A DNA stretch of 64,000 nucleotides from positions 4,506 through 68,505 of the forward strand of contig JACQXB010000022.1 of NCBI GenBank assembly GCA_016208965.1, given 5' to 3'. Numbering within the stretch: the stretch's first letter is position 1; each line of letters starts with the position of its first letter. Made by a program: the position numbers and the translations under genes. Shown here piece after piece: positions 49,095 through 58,664 of the stretch. This DNA comes from Nitrospirota bacterium (lineage in GTDB: Bacteria > Nitrospirota > Thermodesulfovibrionia > UBA6902 > DSMQ01). The notes beneath the pieces are model-generated. The model worked only from the letters and a program-made list of their open reading frames with translations. It was not told where the DNA came from and made no database searches.

Positions 49095-50138
49095 TCAAAT
49101 TTCACGCGCCTTTTCTTCTTTTATATAAACCGTTCTGTGCAGGAAAGGTATCTCAATTCCTTCTTCCTTAAACCTCTTGAAAATCCTCTTCCGCATTTCA
49201 TGCTGCACTATAGCGTTGTCTGTAAATTCACGAATATGGCAGATGAGGGTAAAATCAAGCGAGCTTTCTCCAAACCCGGGAATGAGCCTTACAGATGGTT
49301 CAGGCTCGCCAATCAGTCCCTCAATCTTGCCAATTGCCTTTTTTGCTTCATCAATAAGTATCCGCTCAATTTTTTCAGGGTCAGCACTATAACTCACACT
49401 TATAGGAATTAATAGTGCCATCCTTTTTTCTGGCAAATAGTAATTTGTAACTATACTCTGCGAAAGTTTGCTGTTGGGGATTATCACCATGTTATTAGAC
49501 AGCATTCTTACTCTTGTAGTCCTCCACGTAATATCTTCAACATAGCCTTCCTGCCCTGTCTCAAGCTTTACAAAGTCACCTACCCTGATGGATTTTTCAA
49601 TGAGTATATGGATACCTGCAAAGAGGTTCTCAAGTGTGTCCTTAAGGGCAAGCGCAATAGCAAGACCTCCAACACCTAACGCTGTAATAAGAGGGGTTAT
49701 TGAAATTCCAAGAACTGTAAGGACAATCAACAAACCTATAACAAAAATTGTCCCCTTTAATATGCCATACGCGAGTCCTGTTGTTGGGATAGGTAACTCG
49801 GATTTCTGTATGTACTCTCTGAATACTTTCCCTGAGAGGTTTGCTGTGGCAATGGTTATAGAGAAGATTACAATTACATGAATGGCTTTACTGAAATAAA
49901 ATACATATCTCTCTGGAAACCCTGAAATGGCAACACCGATGTAAAGCCCGATGGCGATGCACCAATAGATTGACGGTGTCTTAAAAGCCTTGATTATTAT
50001 GTCGTCAATCTTTGTCTCTGTCTTTCCTGCCCATCTGTGAAGGAGTCTGAAGGCAATGCCTCTTATAATGAATAAGACAGACGAAGACAACAGGGCTACA
50101 ATGATGGGTATTATTATACTTTTTAAATTATTATCCAT
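49095..50138 (-). CDS. small-conductance mechanosensitive channel (MscS family)
   Basis: IRVGDFVKLETGQEGYVEDITWRTTRVRMLSNNMVIIPNSKL. Confidence 0.85.
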   Translation of the reverse strand: MDNNLKSIIIPIIVALLSSSVLFIIRGIAFRLLHRWAGKTETKIDDIIIKAFKTPSIYWCIAIGLYIGVAISGFPERYVFYFSKAIHVIVIFSITIATANLSGKVFREYIQKSELPIPTTGLAYGILKGTIFVIGLLIVLTVLGISITPLITALGVGGLAIALALKDTLENLFAGIHILIEKSIRVGDFVKLETGQEGYVEDITWRTTRVRMLSNNMVIIPNSKLSQSIVTNYYLPEKRMALLIPISVSYSADPEKIERILIDEAKKAIGKIEGLIGEPEPSVRLIPGFGESSLDFTLICHIREFTDNAIVQHEMRKRIFKRFKEEGIEIPFLHRTVYIKEEKAREI

Positions 50139-50276
50139 CTGATTTCAACTCCATTACAGTATAAATGTTAAAACTATGATGGTCAAATGTTATTTGACAC
50201 TAAAGTTTGTTATATGGTAAAGTTTTAAACCTTTTCCCATAAATAAATCAGAGAAGATAACAACATTCTTGGGGGT

Positions 50277-50765
50277 TTGATGCTTGAGGTATCTCCAGAG
50301 ATTGAAAAAAAAATAAACGATATCCTCAATAAATACATTGAAGGCGAGGGAAATGTAATTTCCCTTCTTCAGGATGCACAGGAGACCTTCGGCTATATAC
50401 CTGAAAATGTTGTAGATTGGTTTTCAAAAAAACTTGATATTCCTGAAAGCCGTTTCTTTGGTATTGCAACATTTTATGCCCAGTTTCATCTAAAACCACG
50501 GGGCAAAAACATAATTACAGCATGTTGTGGAACAGCCTGTCATGTAAAAGGTTCAGAGAAATTAATAAGCACTGCATCAAGGGAATTGAACCTTAAAGGA
50601 GATGAGGATACCACTGAAGATGGAGAGATTACTTTTGAGAAAGTGGCATGTCTTGGAACATGCAGTATGGCGCCTGTGGTTATAATAAACAAAAAGATGC
50701 ATGGGAAGATGACCACTGAGAAACTGGCAAGAGAGATTAAATCTATAACAAAGGCTAAAAAGTGA
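50277..50765 (+). CDS. NuoE/HndA-like thioredoxin-fold [2Fe-2S] subunit
   Basis: ITACCGTACHVKG...VACLGTCSMAPV. The ATG at 50280 is the likely start. Confidence 0.85.
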   Translation: MMLEVSPEIEKKINDILNKYIEGEGNVISLLQDAQETFGYIPENVVDWFSKKLDIPESRFFGIATFYAQFHLKPRGKNIITACCGTACHVKGSEKLISTASRELNLKGDEDTTEDGEITFEKVACLGTCSMAPVVIINKKMHGKMTTEKLAREIKSITKAKK

Positions 50766-52537
50766 ATAGAATAATTATAAAAATATGCATGGGTCCAGGA
50801 GGCATCGCCTCTAGTGGTGCTGATGTAATCTCTACCTTTGAGTCAGAACTGAAAAAGGTAAAGGTGGATGCATTAATAGAAGAAGGGTGTTCTCTACATA
50901 AAGTAGGATGCTTTGGTTTATGTTCAAAGGATGTCCTTGTTGATCTGGAGATTAACGGCAATAAGACAACATATCAGTATGTCAAACCTAATATGGTTCA
51001 GAGGATAGTACAAGAACATATCATTAACAATAAACCAATTCTTGAGTGGACAACAGATGAAGACTATCAAAACTTCTACAAAAAGCAGGTAAAGGTCGTC
51101 CTCTCAGATTGTGGGAAGGTAGACTACGACAGTATAGACTCTTACATTTCCATAAGTGGATACAGGGCAACTGAAAAGGTACTAAAGACAATGAGCCCTG
51201 AGGAGGTAATAGAAGATATTAAAAAATCAGGATTAAGAGGCAGAGGCGGTGCAGGATTTCCAACAGGGATTAAATGGGAGGCATGTAGAAAGGTAGAATC
51301 CCAGCAGAAATATATTATCTGTAATGCAGATGAAGGAGACCCCGGGGCATTTATGGACAGGGCTGTAATAGAAGGCAATCCACATGCTGTTATTGAAGGC
51401 ATGATAATTGGTGCCTATGCCATTGGTGCAGATAAGGGTTATGTTTATATAAGGGCAGAGTATCCACTCGCTGTAGAAAGGCTTACACTCGCAATTAATC
51501 AAGCAAGAAAAAAGGGATTTCTCGGTAAGAATATTTCTGATACAGGTTTTAGCTTTGATATAAAGATAAAGCTTGGTGCAGGGGCCTTTGTATGCGGTGA
51601 GGAGACAGCATTGATAGTCTCAATTGAGGGGCAGAGGGGTATGCCGAGGGCAAAGCCGCCATTCCCTGTTTATAAAGGCTTATGGGGAAAACCAACAATT
51701 ATAAATAATGTAGAAACCCTTGCAAATATCCCGTATATCATAAGAAACGGTGCTCAATGGTATTCGTCTTATGGGACAGAAAAATCAAAAGGCACAAAAG
51801 TCTTTGCATTAACAGGAAAGATAAAAAACACGGGGCTGATTGAGGTCCCGATGGGAATTACACTTAGAGAAATAATCTATGACATCGGCGGCGGAATAGA
51901 AGGGGGTAAGGCATTTAAGGCTGTTCAGACAGGTGGTCCTTCAGGAGGATGTATTCCAGTTGATATGCTTGATTTGAATGTTGATTATGAATCTCTTGCA
52001 AAGGCAGGCTCTATTGTTGGCTCAGGTGGAATGATTGTCCTTGATGAGGATGACTGTATGGTGAATGTAGCAAAGTATTTCCTGCAGTTTACCCAGTCAG
52101 AATCATGCGGGAAGTGTGTGCCATGCAGAATCGGGACAAAGAGGCTTCTTGAGATACTTGATAGAATTACAAAGGGACTCGGCAAGGTTGATGACATTGA
52201 GATACTTGAAAAATTAAGCAGCGATGTAAAGGCTACCTCTCTGTGCGGGCTTGGTCAAACCGCTCCAAATCCTGTCATCAGTACACTAAAATACTTCAGG
52301 GATGAATATGAGACACATATAAAAGACAAGAAATGCCCTGCAAAGGTATGCAAAGACCTGCTTACATATTTTATTATGGAAGCTACTTGCACAGGCTGTG
52401 TTGCCTGCATGAGGGCATGTCCGGCAGGTGCAATTACAGGAGAGAAAAAGAAACCACATGTAATAAATCAGGAGATATGTATTAAATGCGGGGCTTGTTT
52501 TGATGTATGCAAGTTTAAGGCAGTGGAGAAAGAATAA
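50762..52537 (+). CDS. NuoF-like NAD(P)H/FMN-binding subunit with an N-terminal thioredoxin-like domain and C-terminal 2x[4Fe-4S]
   Basis: GLRGRGGAGFPTGIKWE, NADEGDPGAF, ESCGKCVPCRIG, CTGCVACMRACP, CIKCGACFDVC. GTG start overlaps the nuoE-like stop. Confidence 0.9.
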   Translation: MNRIIIKICMGPGGIASSGADVISTFESELKKVKVDALIEEGCSLHKVGCFGLCSKDVLVDLEINGNKTTYQYVKPNMVQRIVQEHIINNKPILEWTTDEDYQNFYKKQVKVVLSDCGKVDYDSIDSYISISGYRATEKVLKTMSPEEVIEDIKKSGLRGRGGAGFPTGIKWEACRKVESQQKYIICNADEGDPGAFMDRAVIEGNPHAVIEGMIIGAYAIGADKGYVYIRAEYPLAVERLTLAINQARKKGFLGKNISDTGFSFDIKIKLGAGAFVCGEETALIVSIEGQRGMPRAKPPFPVYKGLWGKPTIINNVETLANIPYIIRNGAQWYSSYGTEKSKGTKVFALTGKIKNTGLIEVPMGITLREIIYDIGGGIEGGKAFKAVQTGGPSGGCIPVDMLDLNVDYESLAKAGSIVGSGGMIVLDEDDCMVNVAKYFLQFTQSESCGKCVPCRIGTKRLLEILDRITKGLGKVDDIEILEKLSSDVKATSLCGLGQTAPNPVISTLKYFRDEYETHIKDKKCPAKVCKDLLTYFIMEATCTGCVACMRACPAGAITGEKKKPHVINQEICIKCGACFDVCKFKAVEKE

Positions 52538-52640
52538 AAAAATCAAAGATTAAAAATAAAATATCAAAATTGTGGAAATAAAAAATTATAATTTAAAAAA
52601 CTCCTTAATTTTGATTTTTGCATTTTGATTTTTGAATTTG
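52538..52640. repeat. A-rich/T-rich word inverted block upstream of fdhA
   Basis: aaaaaatcaaagattaaaaataaaatatcaaaatt...taattttgatttttgcattttgatttttgaattt. Confidence 0.6.
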
Positions 52641-52647
52641 AGGAATT

Positions 52648-55446
52648 ATGATAAATCTCACTATAGATGGCAAAAAAATCACGGTTCTTGATAGCACATC
52701 AGTGCTTGATGCTGCCAGGCAAAACGACATCTCTATACCTACACTCTGTCATCACCCGAAACTTACACCATTTGGGGGGTGCAGACTATGCATAGTAGAG
52801 GTAAAAGGCATCCCGCGTCCTGTAACATCATGCACAACACCGGTAAGTGAAGGGATGGAGGTAACGACCACAAGTCCTTACCTTGAGGATTTGAGAAAAA
52901 CTGTACTTGAGCTAATCCTTTCAGACCATCCGAATGACTGCATGGTTTGTGAAAAGGCAGGTGATTGCACACTTCAAGAGCTTGCATATTTTTATGGTAT
53001 TAATCCCCCCATCCCCCCTTTAGAAAAGGGGGGCAGAGGGGGGATTTTTGCCGGTGAAAGAAGGGTTTATACAAAACGAGATGGCAACCCATTTATTGAA
53101 CGAGCTATGGAGAAATGCATACTCTGTGGAAGATGTGTAAAAGTCTGTGATGAAGTTATGGGCGTTGGTGCAATTGATTTCACATACAGAGGGTTTAAAT
53201 CTAAGATATGCCCGCCCTACGAGAGGGACCTTGATTGCGTATTCTGCGGGCAATGTGTTGCTGTTTGCCCAACAGGGGCACTCACAGGGAAAATGTGGAC
53301 ACTAAAAGGCAGGCAGAAAGAGATTAAAGAGGTTGACACTATTTGTCCGTACTGCGGTGTTGGATGTAGTATTACACTCCATGTCAGGAGAAATGAGGTA
53401 ATCAGGGTTAGTTCAAAAGACGATACCATAAATGAAGGATGGCTATGCGTAAAAGGCAGGTTTGGTTATAATTTTATCAATCATCGTGACAGACTCACAA
53501 GACCCCTTATCAGGATAGCACCGAAGAATACAAAAGAAGCTCAGAAGATAAGAAGCTCAGAAGATAAGACTATCTCAAATTCTCAACCTCTCAACTTCTC
53601 AACTTCTCATGTCTTCAGAGAAGCCTCCTGGGATGAGGCATTGGATTATATTGCAGAAAAACTTAAGACAATAAAAGAAAAACACGGGCCCGATGCTATC
53701 GCAGGGCTATCATCTGCAAGATGCACAAATGAAGAGAACTATATCTTTCAGAAGTTTATGAGAGCATCTATTGGCACAAACAACATTGACCACTGTGCCA
53801 GATTTTGACACAGCCCAACGGTAGCCGGTCTGGCTACAGTATTCGGCTCAGGGGCAATGACTAATTCAATGTCTGAGATAGAAAACAACGATGTGATTTT
53901 TGTAATAGGCTCAAATACAACTGAAACCCATCCTATCGTCTGGCTTAAGATGAAAAAGGCTTTAAATAAAGGTGCAAAACTCATTGTCGCTGACCCAAGA
54001 AGGATAAATCTTGCAAAGTTCGCACATGTCTGGTTACAGCAAAAATCAGGGACAGATGTAGCATTGTTAAATGCAATAATGCATGTGTTATTCAAGGAAG
54101 GACTGATTGATAGGGTATTTATACTTGTACGCACCGAAGGCTTTGAAGAATTTAAAAAGAGCCTTGAGGAGTATACACCTGAGTATGCTGAAAAAATCAC
54201 AGGCGTTCCAAAAGAAAAGATAATTAAAGCTGCCCTGCTTTATGGTAAGGCTCAGCGAGCAGGGATATATTACACCATGGGTATAACCCAGCATTCCCAC
54301 GGCACAGAGAATGTTTATGCAATAGCTAACCTTTCCCTTATGACAGGAAACCTCGGAATAGAAAGCACCGGCGTTAATCCCTTAAGGGGGCAAAACAATG
54401 TCCAGGGGTCAAGCGATATGGCCTGTTTACCGAATCTCTATCCCGGCTATCAGCGGGTGGATATACCAGCAATTAGGGAGAAGTTTGAAAATGCATGGGA
54501 TGTCAAGCTTTCTGATAAAATTGGTCTTACAGCACCAGAGATGATAGATGCAGCCCTTGAGGGTAAGCTTAAGGCAATGTATATTATGGGAGAAAATCCG
54601 GCACTCAGCGACCCTGATATAAACCATACAATAAAAGCACTAAAGAAATTAGATTTCCTTGTTGTGCAGGATATTTTCCTGACAGAGACAGCAGAGCTTG
54701 CTGATGTGGTCATACCTGCTACATGTTTTGCGGAAAAGGACGGGACATTTACAAATACAGAAAGAAGGGTTCAACGGGTAAGAAAGGCTGTGGAACCGCC
54801 CGGCGAGGCAAAGGAAGATTCATGGATAATTACAGAATTAAGTAAGAGGCTTGGCTATGATATGAAATACAGTTCCATTGAAGAAGTTTTTCAGGAAATC
54901 GGAAAAGTCTGGCAAGCAGTTGTAGGTATCACATATCACAGGATTGAAAAACAAGGGATTCAATGGCCCTGCCCTACCCTTGACCATCCGGGAACACCGT
55001 ATCTCTTCAAAGGCGGTTTCCCAAGAGGAAAGGCACAATTCATTATGTTAAAATACAGACCGTCTGCGGAACTCCCTGATGAGAATTATCCATTTATACT
55101 CTCTACAGGAAGACAGCTCTTTCAATATCATACTGGTTCAATGACAAGAAGGGTTGATGCTATAAATACTGTTTCACCTGAGCCGTATATAGAAATAAAC
55201 CCTCAGGATGCAAATAGGCTGGGTATTGCTGATGAACAAAAAATAAAGGTATCATCAAGAAGAGGAGAAATAGAAATAAAAGCTTGGATTTCAGAGAGAC
55301 CTGACAAGGGTGTAGTATTTATACCATTTCATTTTAAAGAGGCGGCTGCTAATATGCTTACAAATATTGCCCTTGACCCATTTTGTAAGATACCGGAGTT
55401 AAAGGTGTGTGCGGTGAGAATAGAAAAGTTAAAAGTTAAAAGTTGA
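52648..55446 (+). CDS. fdhA: formate dehydrogenase alpha subunit (NuoG-like Fe-S N-terminus plus molybdopterin domain), selenocysteine at in-frame TGA 53806-53808
   Basis: The two track ORFs (52648..53808 and 53857..55446) are in the same frame and no stop lies between them. The junction reads [30 protein letters not shown], matching the FdhF-type CAR(V)UH(G)PSVAGL. [2Fe-2S] and [4Fe-4S] motifs precede it (CRLCIVEV, HPNDCMVCEKAGDC, CILCGRCVKVC, CVFCGQCVAVCP, CPYCGVGC). Confidence 0.9.
53000..53050. repeat. G/C-tract palindromic element inside fdhA (in-frame)
   Basis: ttaatccccccatcccccctttagaaaaggggggcagaggggggattttt encodes ...NPPIPPLEKGGRGGIFAG... Confidence 0.7.
53536..53610. repeat. tandem word repeats inside fdhA (2x aagctcagaagataag; 3-4x tctcaac)
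   Basis: Read directly. Encodes ...EAQKIRSSEDKTISNSQPLNFSTSH..., between PLIR and SWDEALDYIAEKL. Confidence 0.7.
53806..53845 (+). promoter_or_regulatory. UGA(Sec) codon plus bacterial SECIS-like hairpin
   Basis: TGA at 53806. Stem GTAGCC (53821-53826), loop GGTCT (53827-53831), stem GGCTAC (53832-53837). The GGUCU apical loop and the spacing resemble my recollection of the E. coli fdhF SECIS. Confidence 0.7.
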
Positions 55447-55456
55447 AAGTTATGGA

Positions 55457-55484
55457 AGGAAATTTTTTAAAATAAAAATTTCCT
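55457..55484 (+). terminator. AT-rich hairpin after fdhA (possible intrinsic terminator)
   Basis: aggaaattttt-taaaat-aaaaatttcct followed by taattt, 11 nt after the stop codon. Confidence 0.4.
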
Positions 55485-55491
55485 TAATTTC

Positions 55492-55558
55492 GTCATTCCG
55501 CACTTGATGCGGAATCCAGAAAGTCGTTTTCCTGGATTCCCGCTTTCGCGGGAATGAC
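55492..55558. repeat. composite palindromic element GTCATTCC[hairpin]GGAATCC...GGATTCC[hairpin]GGAATGAC
   Basis: gtcattccgcacttgatgcggaatccagaaagtcgttttcctggattcccgctttcgcgggaatgac. Confidence 0.7.
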
Positions 55559-55587
55559 AACATACAATTTATACATAGGGGGTTATT

Positions 55588-56043
55588 ATGATTAAACCAA
55601 GTGTATTAAGACAGCAGGTCCTGCTTGAAGACATTGATGAAGCAGGGCTTCAAGGTATTGCAGGTATTATAAAAAAACTATCCTTTAAAAAAGGCGATTG
55701 CCTGTTCAAAGAAAAGGAAGAGACAAAAGGGCTATACCTCATAAACTCTGGAAAAGTAGAAATCTCTAAAGTTACCCCTAACGGCTGGAAACAAACACTC
55801 GCTATTCTTACAAAGGGTCATTTCCTGGGAGAGTTATCCATCCTTGAAAAAAGACGGCATGAGGCAACCGCAGTGGCAATTGAAAATACAGAAGTCTTTC
55901 TGATCCCAAAGGAATATTTTGAAAAAATGGAAAAAGAAAACCTTTCACTTGCCTTTAAAATAATGAAAAAACTTCTTATAATTACGAGCAAAAATTTAAG
56001 ACGGATGAACGAAAAATTTCTGAATGCATTGATAAGCTATTAA
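55588..56043 (+). CDS. cyclic-nucleotide-binding domain protein (no DNA-binding domain)
   Basis: FKKGDCLFKEKEETKGLYLINSGKVEISK...GHFLGELSILEKRRHEATAVA; 151 aa. Confidence 0.8.
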   Translation: MIKPSVLRQQVLLEDIDEAGLQGIAGIIKKLSFKKGDCLFKEKEETKGLYLINSGKVEISKVTPNGWKQTLAILTKGHFLGELSILEKRRHEATAVAIENTEVFLIPKEYFEKMEKENLSLAFKIMKKLLIITSKNLRRMNEKFLNALISY

Positions 56044-56044
56044 A

Positions 56045-56114
56045 GGCAGTGAATAGTGAACAGTGAATAGGTTTTAGTCTTTAACTGAATACTATTCACT
56101 AACGACTATTCACT
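56045..56114. repeat. CAGTGAA/TTCACT word-repeat block
   Basis: ggcagtgaatagtgaacagtgaatagg...gaatactattcactaacgactattcactaaa. The first part is the reverse complement of the aspS insert words. Confidence 0.65.
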
Positions 56115-56165
56115 AAATGAACCTCCCCGCAGCAAGCTGCGGGGTATCCAAAAACTAAAAACGCT

Positions 56166-56234
56166 GTCATTCCGCACTTGATGCGGAATCCATAAACATA
56201 AGTACTGGATTCCCCGATTTAATCGGGGAATGAC
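56166..56234. repeat. composite palindromic element, same family and orientation as 55492
   Basis: gtcattccgcacttgatgcggaatccataaacataagtactggattccccgatttaatcggggaatgac. Confidence 0.7.
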
Positions 56235-56261
56235 AACCAAACAACAAAACAAAAAAAAAAA

Positions 56262-58025
56262 ATGCCGCTTGATCCAACCAAACGTGCAGACTGGGAAATC
56301 GCAGAAGCAGCAGAAGCACACATGAAGACTGTTTATCAACTTGGGGAGGAATTGGGATTAGAAAAACATGAACTTCTTCCACACGGACATTATGTTGCAA
56401 AAGTAGATTTTAAAAGTATTCTGAATCGCATGAGCAGTAAAACTGATGCCAAGTATATTGATGTGACAGCCATAACACCCACTCCTTTAGGAGAAGGTAA
56501 ATCTACCACTACAATGGGGTTAACACAGGGGCTTGGAAAGAGGGGTAAAAAGGTTATTGCCGCAATTCGTCAGCCTTCTGGTGGACCTACAATGAATATT
56601 AAAGGTTCCGCAGCAGGGGGCGGACTTTCACAATGTATCCCACTTACACCTTTTTCTCTTGGACTGACAGGTGATATAAACGCAATCATGAATGCCCATA
56701 ACCTTGCACTGGTTGCCCTTACATCAAGAATGCAGCATGAGTTTAATTATAATGATGAGCAGCTTGCAAAACGCAAATTGAAGAGACTCAACATTGACCC
56801 GAGAAATGTTGAGATGAAATGGATAATGGACTTCTGTGCACAGTCTTTAAGGGATATCATTATTGGTATCGGTGGAAAAGATGATGGATTCATGATGCGC
56901 TCAGGTTTTGCTATTGCCGTTTCTTCAGAGGTCATGGCAATTCTCTCCGTAGCAACTGACCTGAAAGACATGAGGGAAAGAATGGGCAGGATTGTTGTTG
57001 CATACGACAAGAGCGGCAAACCTGTTACAACCGAAGACCTTGAGGTTGCAGGTGCGATGACTGCATGGATGGTTGAGGCACTGAATCCAAATCTCATGCA
57101 GACAATAGAAGGACAGCCTGTTTTTGTGCATGCAGGTCCGTTTGCAAATATAGCTATAGGTCAATCATCAATTATTGCAGACAGAATCGGCTTGAAGCTT
57201 AGTGATTATCATGTGACAGAGTCAGGGTTTGCTGCTGATATTGGATTTGAAAAATTCTGGAATCTAAAATGCAGGTTCTCAGGACTTAAACCAAATGCAG
57301 CGGTTCTTGTTGCAACAATAAGGGCGTTGAAATGCCACGGTGGTGCCCCAATCCCCGTACCCGGAAGACCGATCCCTGAAGAGTATAAGGGAGAAAATGT
57401 CGGCTGGGTTGAAAAGGGTTGTGAGAATCTTGTTCATCATATAAAAACAATCAAAAAAGCAGGTATAAACCCTGTTGTCTGCATTAATGCCTTCTACACA
57501 GATACCGAGAATGAGATAAAGATGGTAAGACGAATCGCAGAGTTAGCAGGCGCAAGGGTAGCACTCTCAAAACACTGGCAGTACGGCGGTGAAGGAGCAT
57601 TAGAACTCGCTGATGCCGTAGTAGATGCATGTAATGAGCCAAATAACTTTAAATTCCTTTATGAGCTTTCTACCCCTATTCGCAAACGGATTGAATTAAT
57701 CGCTACTGAAGTTTATGGTGCAGATGGTGTAGATTATTCTGTAGAGACACTGGCTAAGGCAAAAAAAATGGAAGAAGACCCTGAAACTTCAAAATTAGGA
57801 ATTTGTATGGTTAAGACTCATTTAAGTCTTACTGACAATCCAAATATCAAGGGTGTCCCAAAGGGCTGGAAACTCCATGTTAGAGACATCCTTACATTTA
57901 AAGGGGCGGGGTTTGTCGTGCCTGTTGCAGGAGCTGTCAAGTTAATGCCCGGCACAGCATCTGACCCTGCCTATCGTCGTGTTGATGTGGATGTTAATAC
58001 AGGAAAGGTCAAGGGGTTGTTTTAA
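56262..58025 (+). CDS. fhs: formate--tetrahydrofolate ligase
   Basis: [30 protein letters not shown], and 587 aa of FTHFS-typical sequence. Confidence 0.95.
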   Translation: MPLDPTKRADWEIAEAAEAHMKTVYQLGEELGLEKHELLPHGHYVAKVDFKSILNRMSSKTDAKYIDVTAITPTPLGEGKSTTTMGLTQGLGKRGKKVIAAIRQPSGGPTMNIKGSAAGGGLSQCIPLTPFSLGLTGDINAIMNAHNLALVALTSRMQHEFNYNDEQLAKRKLKRLNIDPRNVEMKWIMDFCAQSLRDIIIGIGGKDDGFMMRSGFAIAVSSEVMAILSVATDLKDMRERMGRIVVAYDKSGKPVTTEDLEVAGAMTAWMVEALNPNLMQTIEGQPVFVHAGPFANIAIGQSSIIADRIGLKLSDYHVTESGFAADIGFEKFWNLKCRFSGLKPNAAVLVATIRALKCHGGAPIPVPGRPIPEEYKGENVGWVEKGCENLVHHIKTIKKAGINPVVCINAFYTDTENEIKMVRRIAELAGARVALSKHWQYGGEGALELADAVVDACNEPNNFKFLYELSTPIRKRIELIATEVYGADGVDYSVETLAKAKKMEEDPETSKLGICMVKTHLSLTDNPNIKGVPKGWKLHVRDILTFKGAGFVVPVAGAVKLMPGTASDPAYRRVDVDVNTGKVKGLF

Positions 58026-58045
58026 TAACTATAAAGATATAAATT

Positions 58046-58101
58046 CAGGTTAAGGCTGAGGTTAAGGATAAAATATCTTAGCCTCAACCTTAACCTTAGC
58101 C
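58046..58101. repeat. inverted heptamer-word block (ggttaag/gctgagg ... cctcaac/cttaacc) after fhs; possible terminator hairpin
   Basis: aggttaaggctgaggttaagg-ataaaatatc-ttagcctcaaccttaacct. Confidence 0.55.
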
Positions 58102-58124
58102 TTCTTGAGTAGTAGGAGCTTTAG

Positions 58125-58661
58125 TTGATAACCAAAAATCTCCCTAACATTTTAACAATAGCAAGAATATTACTGCTGCCATTTTTTGCATCTGCACTTA
58201 TTTATGACTATTATGATTATGCCCTTATCCTTTTTCTTTCAGCAGGGATTACAGATGTCCTTGATGGGCTTTTAGCAAGGGTAAAGAAACAGGCAACTGT
58301 CCTTGGAAGTATACTCGATCCTGTTGCAGACAAGTTTCTGCTGATAACATCATTTGTTATGATGAGCTTGTATGGATGGATACCAAAATGGCTGACTATT
58401 ACTATTATTAGCAGGGATCTGATTGTAGTAACAGGGTGGTTGATTTTCTATTTTATTACCCATAACATAAAAGTTGAGCCGAGCATTTTAGGAAAAATAG
58501 CAAATGTATCGCAGTCTGTTCTTATAGGCGTTGTGCTTCTTCTTATTAATATAAGAAATTCAGCAGACATACCGATGAGTTTTTTAATTGCCGTTGCCTC
58601 TCTAACAGGAGTTTCGGGTATACTTTATATTTACAAAGGACTAAAAACTATCAATACTTAA
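58125..58661 (+). CDS. pgsA: CDP-alcohol phosphatidyltransferase (PgsA-like)
   Basis: NILTIARILLLP, DVLDGLLARVKKQATVLGSILDPVADK. Confidence 0.8.
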   Translation: MITKNLPNILTIARILLLPFFASALIYDYYDYALILFLSAGITDVLDGLLARVKKQATVLGSILDPVADKFLLITSFVMMSLYGWIPKWLTITIISRDLIVVTGWLIFYFITHNIKVEPSILGKIANVSQSVLIGVVLLLINIRNSADIPMSFLIAVASLTGVSGILYIYKGLKTINT

Positions 58662-58664
58662 AAT

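Noticed and set aside
53748-54200. 150-aa minus-strand ORF spanning the gap between the two FDH ORFs
   Set aside because: It would only matter if the TGA were a real stop. The same-frame continuation, the conserved U-context and the SECIS hairpin explain the gap better.
56106-56400. Minus-strand ORFs 56106..56339 and 56167..56400
   Set aside because: They run through the palindromic element and the poly-A tract upstream of fhs and overlap the fhs start. They have no motifs and are repeat-driven artefacts.
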